DNA of 63,982 nt, filler included, from Folioceros fuciformis (taxonomy: Eukaryota), in the NCBI GenBank assembly GCA_049999805.1. It is 5 parts of 5 records of this genome, joined end to end, with 100 filler letters (N's around TTAATTAATTAA, not from the genome) between each part and the next. Parts side by side here need not be neighbours in the genome. Positions count along the whole stretch, not along the records: positions 45,515 to 52,839 come from JBNGIO010004039.1; positions 52,940 to 62,406 come from JBNGIO010004040.1; 3 more parts are not named here. The stretch is one strand, 5' to 3'. The position numbers were made by a program, and so were the translations under genes. The notes beneath the pieces were generated by a model. The model did not search any database. It was not told where the DNA came from and worked only from the letters and a program-made list of their open reading frames with translations. Shown one piece after another: positions 46,911 through 59,544 of this stretch. The number at the start of each line of letters is the position of its first letter. The stretch's first letter is position 1.

Positions 46911-49900
46911 TATTGGGAATCCTAAATTAAATACCCTTTATTATATTATGGTTAGGTAGACTAGCATGCAGTTACAACCGCAAATCACCTTGCATATACA
47001 TTCTCTCATTTTGTAAATAACTGTCACTTGTTCTTTTCAACATATGTATGCTCTTTGGTTCCACTCGTGCACAAGCACATAAGCGATGATCGTATATCGC
47101 GTTATGGTATGAGAGCTTTGTTCACTATAAATGCATTGCCTCACGAGCGGTAATCCCGAGTCAATGCTCCAATTAAAAAAATGTCGAAGCGCCGTTTTTT
47201 GACGCAATCAGCAGGCAGAGGAGGTGCTGGCCGCAGAATTCCCATCTCCACACTCAGGAGGGAGTTCGTCTGTCACGATTGCCGAAAGGAAGAGTTCCTG
47301 TTTTCCTGCTCACGGCCTGCACTTGTTCCTCGCCCGCGTGAGCGCAACCAGATCTCTCCCTGCATCGACAGGAGGAATTTGCCCAACACCCGGTGTGGCG
47401 AGTTTGCGAGACACCGACAATCAAACAACGGCGATCTCCAAGCCCTTGTCGACAAAGTGAACCGGCTTCAGGATCTCTTTGATAACCTCAGCGAGGCTAT
47501 CCGGCAGATTCATGTTACTTGCCTCACGCATCGAGCAATCGAATTTGGCAGAATGAGGAAGAGATCACCGCCATCACAGGCCTCGCGCTGCCTCATCTAA
47601 CCGCTCGTTTGCAGGGATGCAACCTGATCTTGATGAAGATGACGACGACCTTGATTTGAACGCCGCTGGGCTTGTGACTCCTTCTCGTCAGCCTCCACCA
47701 CGAGGTGCTGTTGATGAGGTGACTCCTGAAGAGGAGCCGCAAGTCTTATCACCAGGGCGAGAACAACGGAGACCAGTCTCACCGACATATGGTTATTTTC
47801 AGCCAGGAGTGTCGGCCTTTCCAGGATACACTGGCATCTTTGGCACCCTCGGTGCCACACCATACAACACTAACGTACCTGTTTTTCCTTTTGGCTTTAC
47901 TCCACTAGGAACTGCTGGTTCGTCGTCGTCAGGCCTTTACAGCAGCTCTCAACAAGGACTGCTGGGTGGTGCAACTTCAGCATCTTCGACAACTTCGACA
48001 GCCTCAACAGAAGCGGCTTCAACTTCTGCTTCACAGCAATCAGGAGCGATTCCTGGACAAGGAAGAGGCAACCCTATTTCGAATCCCGTTGTGATTCCTT
48101 CCTCTATGGCTCAACCTGTTGCTCCACTGCCTGGTTCTTTGAAGATAGATTTCAAGGATCGTGACCGTTTTAATGGCACTGATTATTTTGTATGGGCTAT
48201 GAGGCTTAAGCAAATCCTAGAGGAGAATGAGTTGATGGGAGTTGTTGATGGTTCCGAGCAATCGCCAGCACCAACTGCTCAGAATGCTGACGTTGTTCTA
48301 GCTTGGAAGCGGAAGGACAGACGGGCACGTTCAATCATCATTGCTTCTCTGGATAGGACGATGATGCCTCATACGATTGACGCAGACACCTCTGCAGCAG
48401 TCTGGAGCAACTTCACTAGAATATATAAGGACAAGAGTTCTGCTTCTCAGATACATTCATTCTGAGATTTTTTTTATCTACGGATGAAAGAGACAGATTC
48501 GGTGGAGTCTTACATCAACAAATTCAGAATTGCTCGTGCCAACTTAGCTTATTGTGGCACTACACTCACGGAGGTTCAAGCATCAACGGGTTTGCTCGCC
48601 TCTTTACCAGCTCTCAGCATGCAATTATTGCGGCAGCAGTACAGGCTGCAAGAGCAGGAAATGTTTCTAACACATCATTCGAGGAAGTCTTTGGTGCATT
48701 GCTTGCTGAGGAACGTACTCGTGGATTATCTAAGACGAAAGGACAAAGCTCCAACTCTAACAGAGTTCTTTTTGCTTCTCGTGGAAGAGGTTCATGGCGA
48801 GGCAGAGGTGGCCGAGGCAGAGGCACACCTCCTATAGTGAGACAATCTAACTTGCAAAGGAAGACCTTCACCTGCAACTGGTGTAAGATTGCTGGTCACT
48901 TGGAGAGAGACTGTAGGAAGAAGCGAGCAGGAGAACCAAGAAGAGAAGCCCCCACTGCAGAGTCCAACCTGACAACGTCTAAACCACCCAAGTCTGCTAA
49001 GTCACCTACCATTTTAGCTATTTGTTTGACTTCAGTTCAGATTCAATCAAATATGTGGTTTTGGGATTCTGGGGTTACTAGCCATATCTGTTTTGATCAG
49101 GGAGCTTTCTCGACTTTTTCACCTGCTCTTGATGATCACCAATTTGTGCTGTTGGGTGATGACAGTGGGTTAGCAATAAAGGGTACGGGTCGTGTTGAAA
49201 TCTAGCTCCCAGATAGGTCAGTCCTCAATCTTTCAGACGTCCTGTTTGTTCCCTCTATGACAAAAAAACTTGATGTCAGTTCTTAGGCTGTCACAAGAAC
49301 ATTCCTCCCGTATATGTTTTGATCACTCAGGATGCTCTATTTCCTGTCTGACTAACTGAGATAACATATTTTGAGGCATTCCTTATAACGACCTATATCT
49401 GCTAGACGTTAGAACTTCCCACCCTCGTCATTCAGTCCACACAGCCCAAACTTCTCATTTGACCTTTACCAAGTTGTGGCATTGCAGGCTTGGCCATGTC
49501 AATTTCCAACGTATGTCTTCTCTTGTTAAAAACAATGTCTTCAAAGACCCTCTCACCTTTACTTTTGATGACCATGCCTTTTGTGATGCCTGTCAAACTA
49601 GTAAAGCTATTTCTCAACCGTTCAAGGATAAGAATCTCTCTCGAGCTCCCAGCATCCTGCACACTGTCCATAGTGATATATGTGGCCCCATGTCAACCCT
49701 ATCATTCGGAGGTGCTGCTTACTTTGTTACCTTCATTGATGAGTGGAGCCGTTTCTGTGTTGTTTACATTTTGCATCATAAGAGCGATGCTCTTCTCACT
49801 TTTCAGCAGTTTGTGACGATGGCACAAAGACACACGGGGGCCAAGCTTAAGTTTCTCCGAACTGATAATGGGGGCGAATACACCAGCAGAGCCTTCAGCG

Positions 49901-51170
49901 AGTATTGTGCTGAAGAGGGAGTTCAGCATCAGTTCACAGTCCCCTATACACCAGCTCAGAATACCTTCGTAGAGAGGAAGAACCGTACACTTCAGGAGGC
50001 AACTCTTTCCAGTTTGTCTTTTGCTGGACTCACTCGGGGTTATTGGGCAGAGGCACTCTTTTCTGCAAACTATGTGCAGAACCGACTTCCTACAAAGGAA
50101 CTAGGTTTGATCACACCATTTGAACGCTGGTATGGCAAGAAACCTCGTGTCTCTCATTTCCGCATTTTTGGCTCCCCTGCATATGCACTTGTACCTTCTG
50201 CCCTGCGTTCTAAGCTAGATGCCAAGGCTGTTTGCCGTATCTTTGTTGGCTATAGTGATGAGGCTAAGGGCTTTAAGCTGTTTGACCCCCAAACTCGACA
50301 ATTGTCAATAGCTCGGAGTGTAGTTTTTCATGAAGATGCCCTCCTACGTCGTCATCAAACCACCCTTTTGCCTGATTCAGCTCCTGAGCCAGCATCCATT
50401 CATGGTGTAGTTGATTCTAACGACATTTCCACATCTGACCTTTCTGTCTTTGATGTTGATGACATAGATTCACCTTCCACGACTTCAGGGGGCACCATAA
50501 CATCATCTGTGCCAACTTCATTCATTCCTCCTTCTGCAGCAACACCAGCGCCTTCACAGCCAGATGAGTCCCCCTCTCCTGTAGGTTTGTTTGATGTTGT
50601 TGAACCCGAGGAAGTTGAACTTTTTCCACCTGTTTCACATCACAAGATGATGAGCCCGACCCTGTCACAGCTGAGCCTGAACGTGAACCTACTTTACCTC
50701 CCTCACCTGCTTTACGACGATCTTCTCGTATTAGGCGTCCTATGAGTGAATGGACAGAGCCACCCTTTGTTGCTGGTCTAGCTAAGAGGAAGCCACATCA
50801 ACCTGCTTTCAACATCCCATCCCTGAATGAGCCTGCTACTTACCTTGAGGCCATTACAGGACCAGAAGCAAATTAGTGGAAAGAAGCTATAGAGTCAGAG
50901 AACAACTCCCTGATAGCTAATCAAACTTGGTCCTTAGTTGATCTACCTGCTGACAGAAAGCCTGTTGCCTGTAAATGGGTATTTAAAAAGAAGTTGAACA
51001 CAGACGGGACTGTGGGACGATACAAGGCCCGTCTTGTTGCAAAGGGCTACAGCCAAGTAGAAGGACTTGATTATAATGAGACTTTTGCTCCCGTAGTAAA
51101 GGCTACTTCTGTTAGAATCTTATTGGCATTAGCAGCTCAATATGGACTCATAGTGCATCAGCTAGATGTT
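46911..51170 (+). mobile_element. 3'-truncated Ty1/copia element (putative 5' LTR, PBS, gag, PR, IN, start of RT)
   Basis: PBS-like tggtatgagagc at 47105-47116. Gag FNGTDYFVWAMRLK, Zn knuckle CNWCKIAGHLERDC, PR WFWDSGVTSH, IN LWHCRLGH and LRTDNGGEY. RT RYKARLVAKGYSQ ends at HQLDV. Confidence 0.93.
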
Positions 51171-51377
51171 CATAGCTTTGCAAAGAGCATCAGCCAATGG
51201 CTAGATGTTCATAGCTTTGCAAAGAGCATCAGCCAATGGCTAGATGTTCATAGCTTTGCAAAGAGCATCAGCCAATGGCATTCTTTTGACAACGCGTATT
51301 CATAGCTTTGCAAAGAGCATCAACGGCATTCTTTTGACAACGCGTATTCATAGCTTTGCAAAGAGCATCAACCAATG
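51160..51377. repeat. 39-bp tandem repeat x3 grading into longer variant units at the copia breakpoint
   Basis: gctagatgttcatagctttgcaaagagcatcagccaatg x3, then variants containing ttcttttgacaacgcgta. Confidence 0.9.
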
Positions 51378-51389
51378 CAGTTTTTAGAT

Positions 51390-51717
51390 CAACAACTGCA
51401 AGTCAAGGAGCTTCTTTGGTACCGGTGATAGTGGGCCTTTTGTTATTCCGCATCATGACATTTTGGCCTTTTGTTATTCCTCCTATCTTTGGATCTTTTT
51501 TTCAATACTAAAAAATAACATATAAGCAACCGGTTACAAGCAAACTAACGAGGCCACCAACAACTGCAGGGAGCTTCTTTGGAACCGGTGATAGTGGGCC
51601 TTTTGTTATTCCAGCATGACATTTTGGCCCTTTGTTATTCCTCCTATCTTTGGATTTTTTTCAATACTAAAAAATAACATATAAGCAACCGGTTACAAGC
51701 AAACTAACGAGGCCACC
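51390..51717. repeat. Tandem direct duplication, ~165 bp x2
   Basis: caacaactgca..ggagcttctttgg..aaactaacgaggccac occurs twice in tandem. Confidence 0.9.
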
Positions 51718-51961
51718 ATTTGCATATGCCTCCCTTGGAGAAGGTGTTCTCAGCTATGTCACCGCAACTTGGTGCCCAAATTTGCAGTGCAAGTACAGTA
51801 TGTATGTAGCAAGCTGTTGCGTGAGGGAATATCGAGGTGGTGTTCAACAAGTTGCACGCGCGGGCAACCAGAGTGCACCTGAGTGTGCTCATGGGAGGCA
51901 GTTCCCATTCACGGTGACCCAGTAGAGACGGATTGGCGACGGTCTCAGTTTTTCGAGCGAG

Positions 51962-52839
51962 ATGGTCCACCAGGCGGTTATGGCGGCCGTCACGAGCGTG
52001 TCCCTTGCGGCGGGCTTCCTCAGGCCTGGAGCAGGCGAGAGACCACCACCGCCACTCCAGATAGTGAGGGCCAACAATCCGCGGCAGAACCGTGTGCATA
52101 GGAAAGTGGAAGTGGAGGATTCGAAAGGCGACGAAGTAGGAGCAAGAGAAGCGGAGGAGGCAGAGCTGGCGGCGCATGTGCTCACCATCTCCAGCCCCAG
52201 CAACCCCTTCGTGAAACACCTGGTGAAACTGCGGCAGAGCAGCAGCTACCGGCACGAGCACCGTAAACTGTTGCTGGTGGGCGCCACGCCCCTCCGCGAG
52301 CTCTCCCTTTCCCTACCACCCACTCAGCTCCTCCTCCTCCTCGTGCAAGACTCCTCTCCTGGACCACCTCCTCCCGTGGCCCGGCGCACTGTCACCGTGA
52401 GCCCGGCCGTGATGCGGAAGCTGGCGGGCGTGGACTCTGCGGACGCCGTGTCTGCCGCGGGGCTGCTTTCCCTCCCATCCTCCTTCCTGGGTCCCGTCTG
52501 CTCCGCCGCCCAGCTCCTGAGCTGGGCATGTCTCCCCTCTCCTCCTCGCCGCATCCTGGCTCTGGACGGAGTGCAGGACCCTGGAAACCTGGGCAGCCTG
52601 CTGCGGTCCGCGGCCGCCTTCGCCTGGGACGCCGTCTTGCTACTTCCTGGTTGCTGCGACCCCTTCAACCCGAAGGCGGTGCGGGCTTCCCGCGGGGCCT
52701 GCCTCCGAGTTCCCATGGCTTTCCTGGCTGGGTGGAGCCCGCTCCTGGAGCTCGCTGAAGCTCACCAGCTCGACCTGCTCGCGGCCGATGCGGCCCCGGA
52801 CGGGCTCTCCCCTCAGGCCGTGCTCCACCGGCCTGGGAT
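51962..52839 (+). CDS. SpoU/TrmH-family RNA 2'-O-methyltransferase (3' end lost in gap)
   Basis: ISSPSNPFVKHLVKLRQSSSYR and SPOUT motifs LDGVQDPGNLGSLLRSAAAF and CDPFNPKAVRASRGA. The N-terminus resembles a transit peptide. Confidence 0.9.
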
Positions 52840-53046
52840 NNNNNNNNNNNNNNNNNNNNNNNNNNNNNNNNNNNNNNNNNNNNTTAATTAATTAANNNNN
52901 NNNNNNNNNNNNNNNNNNNNNNNNNNNNNNNNNNNNNNNCTACAATCCATTATGCACACAACGTACCCTACTCAGAGATAGGCTATGCTATATTCTGTGC
53001 ATAAAGTGAACTAAAGACTCAACATTGCAGCAATAAATTGTATTTT

Positions 53047-53620
53047 GCTCTGATACCATGTAAATAAAATCAAGCGGAAGCTCTCGTACACCAAACACAC
53101 AAGTGCACAAGAGAATGAACAAAATGATTAAATGTAGAATACAAAATTATCTTAAATACTTCTGTAATCCTAACGTTAACCAAGTGAGGTTAACTAACTA
53201 AAAAACCCTAACAACCCAAGTTGCTGCTTGCTACACTCTTTGTGGATGTTTTCATGCATAGTATTTATGCCTGATCTTTCAAGAAAGAAAAATCTGAGAC
53301 ATTCCAAAAATTCTATGAATGAAAAGGATTCTTGTGCAAAGTAAAAGTGGCAAAATGCTTGAACACCCTTCGAAGTGATAATGACTAGGAATACATCTTT
53401 CCAAGTCCTAAAGCTTTTGTAAGAAGAACAACATTCAACTCACAAGTCTTCACACCCCATAGCAAAAATGGAGTGGTGAAGCACAAGCTTCAAAGTTGAG
53501 AAGATATATCATGTAGATAAGAGAAAACATTCTCAAAATTCATTATCACTACCAAGAGTCTTCAAGCATTTAATACTTATATTTTCCACCAAACCCTTCC
53601 ACTCATTAAATCTCTTGAAC
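53047..53620 (-). mobile_element. tRNA-Met PBS and adjacent LTR of a minus-strand LTR retrotransposon
   Basis: gctctgatacca (reverse complement of tggtatcagagc) at 53047-53058 is immediately followed by TG. The distal LTR boundary is approximate. Confidence 0.7.
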
Positions 53621-54562
53621 ACCTTGGATTTCTCCATCAAAAGGAAAGTCAAAACACACACCATAATCATCTACAAATAGGAGAACAATGAGTCTTGGGT
53701 TCAGTAGATAAAGATTAATAACCCATTCATACATATATAGCCTACAAGCATGGCTATACATCAATAAGGATTAACACTTTTTTGATCAGGACATTATTTT
53801 ATGTAAGTGATGGATACATATGTAGCTTGGTCATATCTCGATAAGGATGAACACTATTTTAATAAGGACATTATTTTACATAACCCATACATACAAATAT
53901 ATCCTTCATGGTTATATCTCGATAAGGGTGAACACTATTCCGATCATGACATTATTTTATATAACTATGCATACATATATATCCTTCATGGTTGTATCTC
54001 CATAAAGATAAACATTATCCTTCATGGTTGTATCTCCATAAAGATAAACATTATTCCCATTGTGACATTATTTTATACATATAGCTGTAGGATATATTAA
54101 CACAAGAAACTCGAAAGGAGGTCTATAAATATTTTTCCTTCGAGAAATAAAAAACTTCATTATGCATCTTTGGCATGAATGTGTCTTGACCAGTGTTCCT
54201 CAAATCCAAGCCAATTAACATTTGTCAAGTCTACATCAACCTCATATAGACATTATACCCACTTTTAAAAGTATCATGTGGGACTGAAATGTTATATTCA
54301 AAATAAACCATTAACATACTACATGTTACTATAATTCTATTTTAAAAGTAAACCATTAATATTCTACATGTTATTATAATACTATATTAAAAATAAACCA
54401 GTTAAATGGAGAGTTAGAGTCAAACCAAACGCTCTCACAAATTGGACAAAGTATATAGCTAAAATACTTTACTCTCTTTAGGGGCACGAATGGTTCCCCA
54501 TCACTTCTTGCCTTGGACCTTGAGTAAGAGGCCAATGTCGTATGAGCTGATCATTGAACTAA

Positions 54563-54714
54563 TTAGTGCTGCTTGGCCTCCAACACTAGGACTATCGCGA
54601 GCACGCTGGGCTGCTTAGTGTTGCTTGGCCTCCAACACTAGGACTATTGCGAGCATGTTGGGCTGCTTAGTGCTGCTTGGCCTCCAACACTAGGACTATC
54701 GCGAACATGCTGGG
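54563..54714. repeat. 52-bp tandem repeat x~3
   Basis: ttagtgctgcttggcctccaacactaggactatcgcgagca.. starts at 54563, 54615 and 54667. Confidence 0.9.
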
Positions 54715-54782
54715 AGTCAACAATGTCCAGGGCATACTCTTACTTTGCCACTTGTGGACAAAATGAGTCCTCTGTCCTTTGT

Positions 54783-55282
54783 TTGCAATCCTTGCTCTTA
54801 AACATGTATGTTGCTGCAATCCTTGCTCTTGACCTTGTGTGTCGCTGCAATCATTGCTCTTGAACTTGCGTGTTACCTCTAATCATTGCTCTTGAACTTA
54901 CGTGTTACCTCTAATGATTGCTCTTTAACTTGTGTATTGCTGCAATCCTTGCTCTTGAAATTGTGTGTTGCTGCAATCCTTGCTCTTGAACTTGTGTGTT
55001 GTTGCAATCCTTGCTGTTGAACTTGTGTGTTGCTGCAATCCTTGCTATTGAACTTGTGTGTTGTTGCAATCCTTGCTCTTGAAATTGTGTGTTGCTGCAA
55101 TCCTTGTGTGTGTTGTTGCAATCCTTGTTTTTGAACTTGTGTGTTGTTGCAATCCTTGTTTTTGAACTTGTGTGTTGTTGCAATCCTTGTTTTTGAACTT
55201 GTGTGTTGCCTCTAATCATTGCTCTTGAACTTGTGTTCTGCAAGCCTTACTCTTGAACTTGTGTTGCCTTTAATCATTGCTT
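54783..55282. repeat. ~30-bp minisatellite, ~16 copies
   Basis: Units of type gcaatccttgctcttgaacttgtgtgttgct with variants. Confidence 0.92.
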
Positions 55283-55289
55283 GTAAATT

Positions 55290-56050
55290 TGGCTTACGCG
55301 GTGGTCACTTTGTGCTTGCCGTAAAGGCTTTACTCCTCTTCAGGAAAGAATCATCAAGCGCCTCTTTCAAGAGGAATCCAACCACCTCATTGAAGAAATA
55401 TTTGTTAGAGTGCATAGCTATCCATGATCTATAATACACTAGAAAATACTTGTATGTTGATGACAAGCTATGTAACAACGTTGTAATCATCTAGCCCATA
55501 GTCATCGTGGCTGAAAGATTTTATGTTTGCCACAATCAAGCTTTCCAGCTTAGTCTTAAATGGTATCAATAGCCTTTAGCCATCTTGAAGAAGGAGAATT
55601 TGGTCTTCAATGTTATCAATAGCCTTCAGCCATTCTGAACAAGGAGAATTTGGTCTTCAATAGTATCACCTTCAGCCATCTTGAACAAGGAGAATTTGGT
55701 CTTAATGGTATCACCCTCAACCATCTTGAACAAGCAGCATTTAATCAATAAAAAGGATATTATTCATGGACTCTTGTTTCTCTTGTTTTTGTTATGTATA
55801 GCCAAGTTTCCATGTTGCATGTGAAGTCTCATACTTGCTTAATTTTGGAAACATGATGTCTTCCACATGTGAAGTCTCATACTTGCTCAATTTTGGGAAC
55901 ATGTTATCTTCCACATCCAGAATGATATTGAAAAGTGCTTTGGCGTCTTTTGTCTCCATCCTTATTGAAAGGAATCTACCGGGAGTGCATGTTGAACATA
56001 TTTCCACAATCCTTTGTGGGTAAAGAAAAGTTTGAATTGCATCTCCCATG
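55290..56050 (-). mobile_element. Degenerate copia gag remnant with internal tandem expansions
   Basis: KDAKALFNIIL.VED.MFPKLSKYETSHATW (48-bp unit duplicated), a TKFSLF-type unit repeated ~4x at 55560-55735, and FNEVVGFLL. Confidence 0.6.
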
Positions 56051-56641
56051 ATGTGAATTTCTTGCCATCAACGTGTCCTGTATTACCAGATCACAAGATT
56101 CATCCAATGAGGTTTGTGGGACTGCTAGACATGATGAATCTTGGACCGAATCGATCAGGGTGTGCCTATCTCCAGCTCTGTTGTCTCAGGTATTTCACCT
56201 TCGCTGGACAGGACAAGTCGCCTAATTAAGTGAGAAGAACAAACGACACACAGGAAGGACAGATATGTACGTACAAAAACATAGAATGTCTGTGAATATT
56301 CCGGACACCGCCCCCCTATGCATTCACGTCTACTGTACAAAATTCAGAAGCCATTCAGAGGGCTGACAAGCGTTGGCATTTGGGATCGACCGGCCGACGG
56401 GGCCTCCATAGCTAATATCAACCAATACTTTCTTCGAGGCANNNNNNNNNNNNNNNNNNNNNNNNNNNNNNNNNNNNNNNNNNNNNNNNNNNNNNNNNNN
56501 NNNNNNNNNNNNNNNNNNNNNNNNNNNNNNNNNNNNNNNNNCGCCGTTCTCATAGCACAGCAGAGTTTGCAGCAGACGTCTTGAGCCTTTCAGCTCCCCT
56601 ATCCCGCTACATCTCCCGAAAGCATTTCGACTTTCCACGCA

Positions 56642-57283
56642 ATGGCCCAGAGAAGATGCAGTGCAATGGCACTCGCAGCAATGCTTGCGATCTGCGCATT
56701 TGTGGCAGTCCAGTCCGTGAGCGCGGCAACCCCCACGACGCACAATGTGGGTGACAGTAATGGGTGGAGATTGCCTGCAACCATTCCCGGCGGGTTCAAC
56801 TACACCGTGTGGGCCAACAACCAAGCTTACTACACAGGCGACAAGCTCTGTGAGCAGCCTCACCAACAGGAACCTCCAGCCGTCATGATTGTCTTGTGAA
56901 GAATCTTGAGTCGATTGATGTAGCCATGTTTGCGAACTTTTCGCCTCACATCAACTGGTTTTTCATTCTGTGCAGTTTTCGCCTATCCTGCTGCATCCCC
57001 TCCAGCCCACACCGTGTGGTCAGTGACGGGAGAAGATTTCAGAGCTTGCAACACAACCGCCAGTCCCCTCTTCTCCGATAAGGGCGCAGGGAACACTACT
57101 TTCAGCTTGGACAATGAAGGCAACTACTGGTTTTTTTGCTCCGTTGGCCAGCATTGCGCGAACGGCATGAAATTCAAGATCACGGTTCAGACCTCAGCTG
57201 CTCTCTCTCTCTCCGCAAGCTTCCTCTACACTGTCGCCGCTGTTGCTGCAACCATGGCCGTGCTTGGAGCCATGGTGGTTTAA
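56642..57283 (+). CDS. Phytocyanin (uclacyanin/plantacyanin-like, Met axial ligand), likely GPI-anchored; 2 exons
   Basis: Exons 56642-56849 and 56976-57283 (phase 1). Signal peptide, HNVGDSNGW, ligands AHTV and FCSVGQHCANGMKF, hydrophobic C-terminus. Confidence 0.93.
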
Positions 57284-57838
57284 GCTCAGTCTTCCAGAGT
57301 TGCTAGCGCAGAATGAAATTCTTTTTCCTTAGTCTAGGTCATCAATCTAGGATTGTGTGTCATCTGCCCTTGTTTTGCATTCAGGACACACTTCTGAGGC
57401 AAACATAAACTGCAGCAACTTGTAGCCTAAGGTGTGTGGGGTTACACGAGTAATAAAGGGAAGCGAAGTTCAACGTTCTGTGTTCCGGACAAATTTTGTG
57501 AGGGAGTGCTCACCTATTATTTGAGAGAGCGTCTACTGCTCTCTTCAATCGAGTCACAAATAGAGTACTCCCTAAGCAAACTTACATACCTAGGATTAGC
57601 TGAGTAATTTACCTACAGCTGTCAGGAACTCCATCATGACCAAGATTGTGGTCCCTGCAGCCTGAATCATTAAAATTACCGCACATAAGCCAGCAGGAGA
57701 CGACAAGGCGCCTGGACAGTAGCGCAAGTAGGAAGAATGATCGTCTTTCAAGTACCAGCAGTCGACCTCTACACGTCCCGAGAAATAGTTTCACGTTGCC
57801 TGAACTCCCTGGAGTCGCGCGAAGTTGTTCTGGACAGG

Positions 57839-58550
57839 CTACCAGAATCCGAGGAGCATTGCACCAAGAACAAGAAACAGGGACACGACGCTTTGGAAGG
57901 GAGTCATGGGGGACGAACTCGCCTCCACCGCGGACGCAGGGCCTGAGGCTGGGGATAGCGGCGATTGGGAAGTCACTGGTGCCACTACTCGGATGGCCAC
58001 CTTCTGGCCAGCATTGCAGTGGCCAGGAACACCACACAAGTAGTAGAAGCGGCCTGTGTAGGGCAGTTTGATGGTTGTGGCCCCGTCGAACCATGTGTTG
58101 ACGACGTGCTTGACGCTGCAGGACTCGAAATCGGCTTCATCAACTTGCGACACGCTATGTAGCGTCTTGATATACTTGAAGACTGTGCAAATATCCAGAG
58201 AACGGGGGTAGTTAATGACGTGAGGAACAGCAGAAGCTTCAACACACAAGATCACACTAGAGCATTGCATCCATGACATTGATTCCAAGTGAAATAGCTT
58301 GGTGCAGCTTCTGAAAGTAAGCTATGGGCTTACCCAGGTTGTCTCCTGCTTGGAAAGTTCTTGTTCGGGTCCAATCCGAGTAATTCACGTTGATGTTCCA
58401 TCCCTCGTTGTCGCCAACTACGTGAGTGACTCCTGCAGCCACGGCTCCCCGAAGTGTGCAAAGAATACAGGTCACTACGATGAGTAGACATGCGGCAGCT
58501 CGTGCACTACCTCTTCTCTCGAGGGTAAATCCCTGCGCTGTGCGCGCCAT
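57839..58550 (-). CDS. Phytocyanin (stellacyanin-like, Gln axial ligand), likely GPI-anchored; 2 exons
   Basis: Exons 58550-58334 and 58182-57839. HVVGDNEGW, LHSV, LCGVPGHCNAGQKV, Ser/Pro-rich linker and hydrophobic tail. Confidence 0.93.
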
Positions 58551-59544
58551 AGTTGCAATGCCCGCTGATGAGAGAAACCAAAGTTCTGCCAGGAACAGAG
58601 CATTGAATGTCAATTTGAGTGAAGGGCAAAGAATGAATGCATCAAGAGAACGCAAAATCTTCTTGATGTTTCCATTCGAGGAGTGAGAATGGCGTCTTGG
58701 CAGCAGAAGCGTCGGTCACTGCCAGAATGCTACACATTGTTCAAACCAAGACAACAAGAATACAGTCTGTAGCGCACCTTCGATGCAGAGAGTCTTTTCC
58801 TAACGAGCGCTACTTCAACAAGGGAGAGCATTTGCAATCAGAGACCATTGGGATATGTCGACGAGAAGGACAGGGACAAGCATAAATGGATACATTGCGC
58901 TACAAGAATTATGCCTTCTTAGCACACAGGTATAAAATCAACAGCGCATCGAACCGATCAATCAGAAACCACAGTTTGTGCAAACAGTTCAGACAGCTTT
59001 GTGAACAATGATAACTTTGCCCTTACACAGTGACAGGAAAAACAGCGGACAGCAGAGGCTCAAAATGACTCGATCAACGCACAAACAACTCTAGGAGTTC
59101 CAAACAGAGGGAGCATAACATGCAATTCTGGAGGACGGTGTCGAAGTGCGCACTTCCACAGGTCTTTTTGGAGGCAGCAGCGGGCGAACAAGAAAGCACC
59201 AAGCTTGGGCAATAGAAGGAAGTGCAACATCAGGCCCTGCTTTGAACCCGCGCTGGCGGGAAGCAAGAAAGTTAAAAACCTTCGCTGGCAGATGGTAGAC
59301 ATGTTTTCTTACCAAGAGGTAGGTCTAAAAAATTTAAAAACCTTAACGCAATTCACGCAAATGGCTTAAACGCTTGCCACGTTTGCTTGCTACTGTTTGT
59401 AGTTCGCGTTCGCTGACCCAAATCAAAAACATTCCCTTTCAATTTCGGCCACTTCAGATGGAACCTGAAACAGGCCCAGGCCATGCAGGTGACTGAAATG
59501 AACGTCTCGAGACGCTGGTGTCGCAGGTCACGGGATCGTGAAAC

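Noticed and set aside
51160-51377. CRISPR-like appearance of regularly spaced repeats (also 54783-55282)
   Set aside because: Units are head-to-tail without unique spacers, there are no cas genes, and the context is eukaryotic.
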